IMG/VR virus record: IMGVR_UViG_3300034161_000022
Span: 1-37,908 of that record
Length of the DNA stretch: 37,908 bases
Source of the DNA: a virus
Taxonomy: Duplodnaviria > Caudoviricetes
Strand: one strand, 5' to 3'
The notes under the pieces are model-generated. The model saw only the letters and a list, made by a program, of their open reading frames with translations, was not told the origin of the DNA and made no database searches. A program made the position numbers and the translations under genes. Position 1 is the first letter of the stretch; every line of letters begins with the position of its first letter. Positions 16,003-23,579 of this stretch are shown here, piece after piece.

Positions 16003-16221
16003 TCACTCGCTCGGCGCTGGCCAGCGACCTTTACAGCCCGGGCGCTGGCATCGCTGGATCACCGCCACACGCTCGGCGTCCAGCGGCTCACACAGCAGCA
16101 TCGGCGCACCACAGGCCGGGCGCTCGTCCTGGGCGACGACGTGGTAACGCTTCGGCGTGCGCGTGTTCGGCCTGGCGTACCAATTGGCATCACGCAGGGC
16201 GGCCATTACGGGCTCAGGCAT
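16003..16221 (-). CDS. Small Cys-containing hypothetical protein
   Basis: 72 aa, YHVV...ACG...RCQRPGC; AAGGA RBS. Confidence 0.7.
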   Translation of the reverse strand: MPEPVMAALRDANWYARPNTRTPKRYHVVAQDERPACGAPMLLCEPLDAERVAVIQRCQRPGCKGRWPAPSE

Positions 16222-16233
16222 GGTGGGGGTTCC

Positions 16234-16440
16234 TTACTGGTCGCGGCGCGGGACGCACGCCAGCTTCAGGGAAAAGGTGACAGTGGCAGGCTCAGCACAA
16301 TATGCCTCCAGCTCGGCGGCATGCTCGCGGGCGGCGGATTGCTGGTAATGCGCGGCGGCATAGGTCAGCAGCGGCAAGACCAGCAGCAGCGCCAAGCCCA
16401 TCCAACGACGACGCGAGGTCTTCGGTGCGTCCATGATCAT
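16234..16440 (-). CDS. Small membrane protein
   Basis: RRRWMGLALLLVLPLLTYAAA hydrophobic segment, two Cys. Confidence 0.65.
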   Translation of the reverse strand: MIMDAPKTSRRRWMGLALLLVLPLLTYAAAHYQQSAAREHAAELEAYCAEPATVTFSLKLACVPRRDQ

Positions 16441-16625
16441 GCGCTAGGTTCCTTTCCTGATTGTTTGTTACGGCTAACAAGGTCACGCGGCACACCGTCG
16501 ACGTAGTAGCAGCCAGGACACCAGCGCGGCCCGAATACTGCACAGGGCTCACCGCACTGCTCGCACGTACCGTTGCCATGCGCGGGGTTCTGCGGGTAAG
16601 GCGGTTTTTGCTTGGTCACAGCCAC
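16437..16625 (-). CDS. Small zinc-ribbon-like protein
   Basis: CEQC...CPGC; AAGGAG RBS before GTG. Confidence 0.6.
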   Translation of the reverse strand: MAVTKQKPPYPQNPAHGNGTCEQCGEPCAVFGPRWCPGCYYVDGVPRDLVSRNKQSGKEPSA

Positions 16626-16633
16626 GACTCCTT

Positions 16634-16909
16634 TCAGTCTGGTTTGTTTTGTTGTTTATTCGGTCCCAGCTTCCAGGCCGCGACCGTTTCCGGGAAAGAC
16701 AAGCTAGCGGCTATCCAAGGCGCTACGACCGCATGCAACTTCGCATCGGCCATGGTCCGGTCGGCCTCGGCGTTGAATTCCCGCCACGGGTCGCCAGGAT
16801 CGCCCAGCACCAGGGGCGATCCATCTTCATGGAACACCCGGCCGTAGCAGCCCGAACAATAGCGGCCCAGGTCAGCCGGTGCAGCCATACAGTAGAGGCA
16901 GGTCGACAT
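16634..16909 (-). CDS. Hypothetical protein with N-terminal CxxC..CxxC
   Basis: MSTCLYC...YCSGC. Confidence 0.6.
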   Translation of the reverse strand: MSTCLYCMAAPADLGRYCSGCYGRVFHEDGSPLVLGDPGDPWREFNAEADRTMADAKLHAVVAPWIAASLSFPETVAAWKLGPNKQQNKPD

Positions 16910-16915
16910 AGAGAG

Positions 16916-17152
16916 TTACCCCCCTGCTCGACTGGCCACGGCCCGCTGCATATACCCTATGCCTTTTTCCAGGGCCTCAACGCCCCACGTCGGGCAAGGC
17001 CGTGCGCTGGGCTTGTCGGGGTCATTCAGCCAGGAACGCACGGTGCGCTCTGAACAAGGCCGCTGCGTTACGGCCGTTATCAGCACAGCGCTATAGGCCT
17101 GCGTGATCCCGTTCGCGCTCAATAATTTCAAATAACGTGTGCGATTGTCCAT
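16916..17152 (-). CDS. Small HTH transcriptional regulator
   Basis: GITQAYSAVLI...SERTVRSWL...RPCP; first gene behind twin operators. Confidence 0.75.
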   Translation of the reverse strand: MDNRTRYLKLLSANGITQAYSAVLITAVTQRPCSERTVRSWLNDPDKPSARPCPTWGVEALEKGIGYMQRAVASRAGG

Positions 17153-17180
17153 GATCAACTCTATCGGAGTTACTGACCAA

Positions 17181-17232
17181 TAGGCACAAGTGCCTAATGC
17201 AAGAGAATAGGCACATGTGCCTATTCAATCAA
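17181..17232 (-). promoter_or_regulatory. Promoter with twin TAGGCAC-N2-GTGCCTA operators
   Basis: TAGGCACAAGTGCCTA (17181-17196), AATAGGCACATGTGCCTATT (17206-17225); minus TTGATT-17 nt-TATTCT. Confidence 0.8.
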
Positions 17233-17251
17233 GCGGCGTAATTCGCCGGCA

Positions 17252-18418
17252 CTACTCACCCGGCTGTTTGCGGTAGTCCGTTGAAAGCCCCGCTGCGCGC
17301 AAGCGTTCCTCATACACACGAACAGCGGCCATGGCTTTATTGCGCTCTTGCTCCAGCAAATCGGCCTCGCCCTTCAATAAATCGAACTCTTTACGCAGAT
17401 CCCGGGTGTACTGCTCCAGCCGCTTAACCAGCAACTTCTCGTCTTCCAATTGGCCACGCAGGTAAGCAGTGGGCCGGTAAGTGCTGCGATGAGGCTCAGC
17501 CAAATAACGCCCGTTGTCTCCTTCGGGCCACAACTTAGACAGCAACGCGTCAAAGCCAAGTTTTTTGGTAGTGGCCCAGTCCTTCGGACGATGATCCAGA
17601 TCCTCATGAGCTAACAGCCCCAGGCTCAGCACGCAACGCTCCATGCTGGTCAACCGAATTGACTGCACGCCGTCAGCCAATTGCGCTTGCTTCTGTTCCC
17701 GCTGACGCTGCCTATACAGCCGTTGCCGCTCTTTATTACTCAAAGGCACCTTGGCAGGCGGTTCTTCGGGCGCATCACCGAACATGGCCAATTGACCATC
17801 CGGCCGCACGCCGGCCAGCGCATCGGCGAGCCAAGGCCAGGACTTACGGTCTTTCGGCGCGCCGTGCTCTTGGTTGATGGCCACCGCCTTTCCTTCACCT
17901 GCGAGCAATTCCAGCACCTCGGCGCGCACCGCCTGATCCACGGCGCGGCCCAGGTGCTGGGACGGGCGCATGTACTGGTGCCTATAGCCGGTTCTGCTCA
18001 AAAATGGCCTGTCGAAGTCCACCGCGCGCAGCTCGGCGCCGCAGTGGTTTGACAGCGAATCAGGGCACATCTTGACCACCATCCTCATGCCCTCGACCTC
18101 CAGCAGAAACTCGCCGGCCTGCCCCCACTCGGGTACGCGCCCCGCCGGCGCCGCAAACTTAGCCTCTAACGCCACCTGCACCACTGCCGAGCCGAAGTGC
18201 GTGCCGCCATTGAGCTTGATCACACAGGCGCGATACACCACGTCGACATCATCCAGCGCCGGCAGGTCACCGGCCAGCATCGCGTCATGGTAGAGCTGAC
18301 GCGCACGCGCGGCGCGGCGCTCCAGTTCGGCCGGATCGGCCGGCAAGGCCTCGACCGCCGCGATGAACTCGGGGCGATCCTCAAGGGGAACGTACTTAAT
18401 AGATTTGTTGCGAGCCAT
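17252..18418 (-). CDS. klcB: KlcB-like protein (IncP-1 kilC operon family) with C-terminal coiled coil
   Basis: KLNGGTHFG...VPEWGQAGEFL...AVDFDRPFLSRTGYRH motifs; GAGGGAG RBS before MARNKS. Confidence 0.72.
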   Translation of the reverse strand: MARNKSIKYVPLEDRPEFIAAVEALPADPAELERRAARARQLYHDAMLAGDLPALDDVDVVYRACVIKLNGGTHFGSAVVQVALEAKFAAPAGRVPEWGQAGEFLLEVEGMRMVVKMCPDSLSNHCGAELRAVDFDRPFLSRTGYRHQYMRPSQHLGRAVDQAVRAEVLELLAGEGKAVAINQEHGAPKDRKSWPWLADALAGVRPDGQLAMFGDAPEEPPAKVPLSNKERQRLYRQRQREQKQAQLADGVQSIRLTSMERCVLSLGLLAHEDLDHRPKDWATTKKLGFDALLSKLWPEGDNGRYLAEPHRSTYRPTAYLRGQLEDEKLLVKRLEQYTRDLRKEFDLLKGEADLLEQERNKAMAAVRVYEERLRAAGLSTDYRKQPGE

Positions 18419-18466
18419 CGCGGGCACTCCCTCAAAAGCCCCGGCCAATCGGCCGGGGCACCTTCC

Positions 18467-18793
18467 TTAGATATGGGTATCGAGCCCGGTCAGGCGCGTG
18501 AAGGCGCGTTGCAGATCCTCGCCGTAGATCATGCTTTCGCGGGCCTTTTCCTTGAAGTCGAGTCGCGCCCAGCGACCGGCGATCACATCGTAGGTGTCCA
18601 TGGCGTTCAGCTCGACGCGGATCATGTTCACGCCACCTTTAGCGAAGTTGGCCGGCAGCTTGAATTGCAGGCCCTGGGCGGTGGCCACCAGATCGCGGGC
18701 ACCGGTCATCACCAGAAATTTGCGGGCACCGAGCTGGTCAAGAATGGTCGCGGCGACTTGCTGGGCGCTGGTCAGGGGTTTGGCTTGAGTCAT
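18467..18793 (-). CDS. Conserved hypothetical phage/plasmid protein (cassette 1)
   Basis: ATILDQLGARKFLVMTGA...GLQFKLP...DTYDV...FTRLTGLDT; start fixed by the repeated leader. Confidence 0.8.
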   Translation of the reverse strand: MTQAKPLTSAQQVAATILDQLGARKFLVMTGARDLVATAQGLQFKLPANFAKGGVNMIRVELNAMDTYDVIAGRWARLDFKEKARESMIYGEDLQRAFTRLTGLDTHI

Positions 18794-18884
18794 CGGGAAA
18801 GCTCCGGGGCGGCCTGGGCGGGAATGCCTGGCCATGGCGCCATTCTACATTGTTAGCTAATTAGCGCAATAGCTAATTAGCTAA
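18791..18884 (-). repeat. Repeated promoter/leader module, copy A
   Basis: TTAGCTAA array, TTGCGC-16 nt-TAGAAT, GGCCAGGC..GCCCAGGCC hairpin, CCGGAGCTTTCCCG-ATG. Confidence 0.9.
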
Positions 18885-18894
18885 CAATTCAGAC

Positions 18895-18923
18895 AATAAA
18901 AAAGGCCGCACTCTGCGACCTTT
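18895..18923 (-). terminator. Cassette terminator
   Basis: Minus AAAGGTCGC-AGAGT-GCGGCCTTTTTTATT. Confidence 0.7.
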
Positions 18924-18939
18924 CGTGACAGCGGGCGGA

Positions 18940-19164
18940 TTACTTCCAGAGCAGACCGGCGTTTGCTTCCTGGGCGCAGTGTTCGGCGGCGGCGGTGATC
19001 AGCCTGGCTACCTGGCGCACCACGTTCGGCACTTGCTGCGCGAGGGCTTGCAGGGTCAAGACGTAGGCTTGGCCGTTGGTCTTGGCCACCAGCGTTACGG
19101 CGTCTTGCGTGGCGATTTCGAGAAAGGCTGGCGAGTTTAGGAAGTGTTCGGCGGTGTAGGTCAT
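18940..19164 (-). CDS. Hypothetical protein (cassette 2)
   Basis: 74 aa, starts exactly at the module ATG. Confidence 0.8.
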   Translation of the reverse strand: MTYTAEHFLNSPAFLEIATQDAVTLVAKTNGQAYVLTLQALAQQVPNVVRQVARLITAAAEHCAQEANAGLLWK

Positions 19165-19253
19165 CGGGATAACTCCGGGGTGGCCTGGGCGGAATGCCGG
19201 GCCATGGCGCCATTTTACTCAATTAGCTAATTAGCGCAATCGCTAATTAGCTA
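19162..19253 (-). repeat. Repeated promoter/leader module, copy B
   Basis: Same module, TTGCGC-16 nt-TAAAAT. Confidence 0.9.
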
Positions 19254-19265
19254 CAAGTGCAAACA

Positions 19266-19292
19266 ATAAAAAAGGCCGCCGGGGCGACCTCT
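19266..19292 (-). terminator. Cassette terminator
   Basis: Minus AGGTCGC-CCCG-GCGGCCTTTTTTATT, paralogous to 18895-18923. Confidence 0.7.
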
Positions 19293-19306
19293 TTAAAACG
19301 GCTTCC

Positions 19307-19627
19307 TCACTGCGCGGCGTGCCAGCGCGTGACGACTCGACGGGCGTACTCGATAGCCCCGCGTGCGCTTTCGGCGTCACGCTCAAAGCGCGCCGGCAAC
19401 AACGCCAAGGCTTCGACCAACTCAGCAATAATCGGCTCCAGTTGCGCGGCCACCGCCTGGCGCTTGAACTCGTCAGCGGTGCCACCGGTTAGCCAGTTGC
19501 GGACGTGACTAAGGCGATCTATCAAGCGGCGAAACTCGCCTATCTTGAGTAATGCCTGGGCCTTGAATTCGTCTGCATTGGCAGGCATCAAAGACAGGTT
19601 GAAAACGGTGGACATGGTGTAGGACAT
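19307..19627 (-). CDS. Hypothetical helical protein (cassette 3)
   Basis: 106 aa, starts exactly at the module ATG. Confidence 0.8.
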   Translation of the reverse strand: MSYTMSTVFNLSLMPANADEFKAQALLKIGEFRRLIDRLSHVRNWLTGGTADEFKRQAVAAQLEPIIAELVEALALLPARFERDAESARGAIEYARRVVTRWHAAQ

Positions 19628-19720
19628 CGGGAAAGCTCCGGTTTGGCCTGGGCGTTACTGCCCGGCCGTGCGTCGCATTCTACATGGTTAGCTAATTCGC
19701 ACAATAGCTAATTAGCGCAA
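19625..19720 (-). repeat. Repeated promoter/leader module, copy C
   Basis: Same module, TTGTGC-16 nt-TAGAAT. Confidence 0.9.
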
Positions 19721-20098
19721 TCAATACTCGCCACGCATGGGCGCCGACAACCCGACATAAACCGCCATCACATGCCACGCCGCCCACGGCGCATTATCCT
19801 CGTCACCCATCCACGCCCGCACCTTGCGTGATGTGGTGCCGGTCAGCCGCGCTACGTCGGAACCACTCATGTCCAGCACGCGCAGCATGGCCCGCACTTC
19901 GTCCCGCGTCGGGCGTAACTGGCCAACTCTTGGAGCTACAAACAATCCGGGGCGATCCAGCCCCAGCACCGCCAGGCAATCTACTGGCTGCCCATCTTCC
20001 AGCAGATTCGCGCAGCTACGAATGGCCAGACGGCAGGCCTCGTCTAATTCTTGGGACGCACAGTAGAGCTGTGACCCGTCACGAACCAACACAAACAT
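19721..20098 (-). CDS. KorC-like HTH repressor (cassette 4)
   Basis: PTRDEVRAML...MSGSDVARLTG...RKVRAWMGDEDNAPWAAW resembles IncP-1 KorC; GGAGA RBS before MFVLVRDG. Confidence 0.75.
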   Translation of the reverse strand: MFVLVRDGSQLYCASQELDEACRLAIRSCANLLEDGQPVDCLAVLGLDRPGLFVAPRVGQLRPTRDEVRAMLRVLDMSGSDVARLTGTTSRKVRAWMGDEDNAPWAAWHVMAVYVGLSAPMRGEY

Positions 20099-20137
20099 GG
20101 GGTGTCTCCAGGGAATGCCGCCAACAGTGCCGGCCAG

Positions 20138-20212
20138 GGCCTGGGCGGGAATGCCTGGCCACGACCAGCATTCTACATGCTTAGCTAATTCGCACAATAG
20201 CGAATTAGCAAT
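20138..20212 (-). repeat. Repeated promoter/leader module, copy D
   Basis: Same promoter, repeats and hairpin; different RBS segment. Confidence 0.85.
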
Positions 20213-20369
20213 AGGTATGCCGCCGGCAGTTTGCACCTCACAAGCCACCAGCGATGCCGCTGGCCATCTTTAAAACCGCCCTACGCTCGACCAGGCGCCG
20301 CCGCTGGCCCGCCTGACCCCCTGAACGCGACCCCACCCCCCTCACTGTTCGCCGGAGCGCCTGCGCGAC

Positions 20370-20625
20370 AGGCCGGCCGTAGGCGGCGCGTGAAGGAGCG
20401 AAGGGGCGCTGCGCTTGCTACGGGGTGTAATCGAACCCAGCGCGCCCCACAGCGACTGGAAGGCGCCTCACTGAAGGAACGGCGGCGGTGGCTCCAGCGA
20501 TCCACGTCCCGCCGTGCCGTAGGCACGAACTGCGGGCGGCCGAACCGCCTGGGCGAAGCTCAGGCGCAAACAGACTGTTCTCGGCATAGCCGAGGCATTA
20601 CTAGGTCGGCCGAAGGCTGGCCAGG
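20370..20625. other. Cluster of triloop DNA hairpins (ssi/sso-like)
   Basis: CGTGCC-GTA-GGCACG, CGCCTGGGC-GAA-GCTCAGGCG, CTCGGC-ATA-GCCGAG and GGTCGGCC-GAA-GGCTGGCC next to the iterons. Confidence 0.55.
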
Positions 20626-20639
20626 CTTCTCTAGTTGTA

Positions 20640-20715
20640 CAAAAGGAAAGACCAACACTGACTTAATCCAACAATAGGGGGACTTAATATTTGGGGGGTG
20701 TGACTTAATTTTGAT
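20640..20715. repeat. Putative oriV: three GACTTAAT iterons at 21-bp period in an AT-rich patch
   Basis: GACTTAAT at 20660, 20681 and 20702, about 200 bp downstream of rep. Confidence 0.7.
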
Positions 20716-20916
20716 CGCGCGGCGCCGTCGCCAGCGCGGGGACGGAATTGGGCGCGTCTGACGACAGTTTTAGACGCGCCATGGCCGTTTAGGGAGGGTT
20801 TGCCGGCCGAGGCCGAGGAAGTGGCGGGGTCGCAACGCAAAATCGCCAGAAAGCGCCCATAGCGTGGCGCCCTGGCGATCAGGGGGAGGGGTTAACACTG
20901 GGGAAAGGGTGGCGGG

Positions 20917-21945
20917 CTAGCTGCCGCCGTCAAGTCGTCGACGCACAAAGTCGTCGTACTTGATCCAGCCGTGCTGGGCTTGCAACTTCAGTTGCTCCAT
21001 GCCGCGCGGCGGACGGCCAAGGGCAGCCTTGATGCTGGCCAGAACCTTGGCCTCATGCTCGGCATATTCCTGCTTCAGCGCCGCCTCGACGGACGCCCGC
21101 GCGCTGCCAAGGCTTGGCGCACGGTTCTTGGCGCCCGGGGCGCCGAACAGGTCGCGATTGACGTTGGCTGACTGAATTTCTTTGACCAACTGTTTGCGCT
21201 GATTGACGTTCTCGACGCCGGCGTCAATCGCGCCGAGTAGGAAACTACCGACCCGCTGATGCGCTCGGCTACGGGCCTTTTCTACGCGCTTAGCAGTCCA
21301 TCCGGCGATCAGTCGTAGGAATTTCTCGCTAAAGGCCTTGATCGCGGTCAGGGCGCGCTTGCCGGCGTCCTTTTCCTCGTACTGCTCGAAAACGCTAATG
21401 GCCCCGGCTTTCTTGAGGTCGCGCACCGTGCGCCAAAACCGCGAGGTCGGCACCTCTTTGAACTTACCGGCGATGACTTGGCCAGCGTCGTCGCGCGCCT
21501 TGACCTGACAGGTCATGTCGCAACGCCGCGCAATGTCCAAAAAGGAAATACTGACGAACGCGCCGGTGCTGGTGTAGTAGCCCACCCGCAACGACTTCAG
21601 ATCGAGATAAGTAAAGATGACCGACAGCACCAGGGCGTGCCCTTCGCGCGCCTCGCTGCGATTCTGGCGCATTGAGCCGTCTTGATTTTGCTTCTTGGAG
21701 AGGTGCGCCAGGGGCGGCAAGGCGTCGGCATGCTTGAAATAGGCCTGAATTCGGTCGATTCCGACCTTAATCAACTTGGGCCAGTGCCCGCCGTTCGGCG
21801 CGTGCAGATTCAGACGATCCACGGCCAGCGCCAATGGGTCGTGCCCACAGCGGTTTCCCGACCCAAGGTAGAGCCCCGGGTGCGGATAAAGTGAACGCCC
21901 CCAGACTAATGTCTGCGGGCTGTCCTCGGCCATCATGGCGGACAT
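20917..21945 (-). CDS. repA: Plasmid replication initiator protein
   Basis: GNRCGHDP...RQNRSEAREG...LDLKSLRVG...DLKKAGAI...AIKAFSEKF resembles IncFII-RepA-like initiators; flanked by a ctRNA-like leader and iterons; AGGGGA RBS. Confidence 0.75.
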   Translation of the reverse strand: MSAMMAEDSPQTLVWGRSLYPHPGLYLGSGNRCGHDPLALAVDRLNLHAPNGGHWPKLIKVGIDRIQAYFKHADALPPLAHLSKKQNQDGSMRQNRSEAREGHALVLSVIFTYLDLKSLRVGYYTSTGAFVSISFLDIARRCDMTCQVKARDDAGQVIAGKFKEVPTSRFWRTVRDLKKAGAISVFEQYEEKDAGKRALTAIKAFSEKFLRLIAGWTAKRVEKARSRAHQRVGSFLLGAIDAGVENVNQRKQLVKEIQSANVNRDLFGAPGAKNRAPSLGSARASVEAALKQEYAEHEAKVLASIKAALGRPPRGMEQLKLQAQHGWIKYDDFVRRRLDGGS

Positions 21946-22004
21946 GCTGCTTTCCCCTAAGCAATAGGCTTGCTTCGAAGGGGACCGTCCACTAAACTCC
22001 AACC

Positions 22005-22082
22005 TTGTCGAGGTCTTCCAGAGCTTTTTGCGGAACGATCACCGAAAACCCTAGGCTTGCAGGCCTGGGGTTTTCTTTTTTC
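22005..22082 (+). ncRNA. Putative countertranscript (copy-number control antisense RNA)
   Basis: TTGCTT-17 nt-TAAACT (21970-21998), then a 13-bp stem (22044-22075) and T-tract, antisense to the rep leader. Confidence 0.65.
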
Positions 22083-22159
22083 TAAGCCTTTGTAAATCTT
22101 AAAATTCTTGTCTCTCGGCAGATGCCGGACGCCAAAAGAATAGCAAAGGCGTCTCTGTT

Positions 22160-22178
22160 TTAACATCTAAACTGTTTA
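22160..22178. promoter_or_regulatory. ACA-N7-TGT operator upstream of rep
   Basis: TTAACATCTAAACTGTTTA. Confidence 0.6.
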
Positions 22179-22323
22179 AATATTTTGCCGATCAGCTATC
22201 CGGCAACGCTTTGCCACGCCCGAAAGCAAGGCCAAAACCAGCAAAGCCACCAAGATAGTAGCCCTCATCGCCCCCAACGATCAAAGGTTTCAGCGGCGTG
22301 ACAGCCCGACAGACGGGCAGCTA

Positions 22324-22881
22324 CTACGGTAGAGCCTTCCCGCCGCCCAAGACTTCACGCACCCAGCCCTGACAAGCGGCCAACGCGGTCAGTCCGTCGT
22401 CACCGTAACCGGTGATTCCGACAATTCTTTGAGCATGCGCTGGGTCAAGTTCGGCACGCGCGCCTCCATGATCCACGCCGCCGGCGCTGGTGGCGGACGA
22501 CACACCGGCGCTACCTGGGCGGCCGGATCCAACGGCAAGGAGGACTGACAGCCGCAAATCAGCAGTAGCCAGGCGATCAGACAAGAGCTGGCGAGCTTTC
22601 TTTTCATCGGTCAATACCTTGTAGTGAGTCTGTTCAGAGGCCGCCAAACGGCCCTCCAGGGCCGCACGCTGGTCCTGCTCCTGCTTGAGCTGGTCGGCGG
22701 TTGCTTCGGCCAGGCGTGTGGCCTCTTTAGAGGCGCTGGCATCCTGCTTGGCCAGTTCGTTACCGTAACGCCAATCCTGGGCCGTCCAGGCGGCCGCTGC
22801 GCCGGCACCGGCGATCAACGCCACGGCTAGCACGGTCGCCCAAGGGCGCGCGGCCGAGGGGATCAGATCAAGGGGAGACAT
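22324..22881 (-). CDS. Rz: i-spanin (Rz)
   Basis: N-terminal TM segment, AWTAQDWRYG, coiled coil, LRLSV...RAELDPAHAQRI...ACQ. Confidence 0.9.
   Translation of the reverse strand: MSPLDLIPSAARPWATVLAVALIAGAGAAAAWTAQDWRYGNELAKQDASASKEATRLAEATADQLKQEQDQRAALEGRLAASEQTHYKVLTDEKKARQLLSDRLATADLRLSVLLAVGSGRPGSAGVSSATSAGGVDHGGARAELDPAHAQRIVGITGYGDDGLTALAACQGWVREVLGGGKALP
22389..22607 (-). CDS. Rz1: o-spanin lipoprotein (Rz1), embedded in Rz
   Basis: Lipobox LLICGC; Pro-rich CRPPPAPAAWIME. Confidence 0.85.
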   Translation of the reverse strand: MKRKLASSCLIAWLLLICGCQSSLPLDPAAQVAPVCRPPPAPAAWIMEARVPNLTQRMLKELSESPVTVTTD

Positions 22882-23522
22882 AGCACCGCCTTGGCCTTGG
22901 CCCACAGTTGCAAACGATCCTCGCGGCCGTTATCGCCGCCATTGACCACACGGGTAATGCGGTCGAATAGCCCCGCGTCTGCTAGCTCATTCAGGCCACG
23001 ATCCCACCAGAACCAGGCCGCCGACAGGGCAGCGTATTCGGGCTGCTCCAGCAGCTCGGGTCGCTCCAACAAGGGCAAACCCAGGGCCTGGCCGCACCGG
23101 CGGTACATATCGGCGCCGGTGATACCAATGCCGCCCCGGCCGCGATAGCGGTAGCCATCACCCGACGCCTCAGAGCCGTTGCCCATGCGGTTGGCATAGA
23201 CGCGGTTGGCCATCTTTTCGGAGTTGCGTAAGTAGGCCCTGGCGTCCTCGATCTCGGCAGGATCCACGCGGCCGTTACGGTTCAGGTCAAAGCCATACTT
23301 GAACAGGCCGGCCACGCGCTCGGCGTCCTTGTAATAGAGGCTTTCCGACAGCGCGGTCAGGTGTTTAGATTCGTGCCCTACCTGGGCCAGAAAGGCCGCC
23401 TGGCGCACCGGTGACGTAATGTCGAACCGCGCCATGGCTTGACTGAGGGCAGACACAAAAACGCCCGCGACTGGGCGGGCGTTCGGGAGGATTTGCAGCA
23501 ACTGCTGCTGGGTGATCGCCAT
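22863..23522 (-). CDS. Endolysin, glycoside hydrolase family 19
   Basis: AAFLAQVGHES, YANRMGNG, YRGRG, AALSAAWFW, ITRVVNGG; AGGAG RBS. Confidence 0.93.
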   Translation of the reverse strand: MAITQQQLLQILPNARPVAGVFVSALSQAMARFDITSPVRQAAFLAQVGHESKHLTALSESLYYKDAERVAGLFKYGFDLNRNGRVDPAEIEDARAYLRNSEKMANRVYANRMGNGSEASGDGYRYRGRGGIGITGADMYRRCGQALGLPLLERPELLEQPEYAALSAAWFWWDRGLNELADAGLFDRITRVVNGGDNGREDRLQLWAKAKAVLCLPLI

Positions 23523-23579
23523 ACAGGCTCCTAATGTGAATAGCCCGCACTCGGTGGGCATGGATGGTGCATTGCGCCG

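Noticed and set aside
18791-20212. Four repeats as a CRISPR array
   Set aside because: Repeats are 75-95 bp, imperfect, contain promoters and an RBS, and are separated by whole genes; no cas genes
20883-20890. KOPS-like GGGGAGGG octamer
   Set aside because: A single 8-mer in a G-rich patch is expected by chance; no polarised series was established
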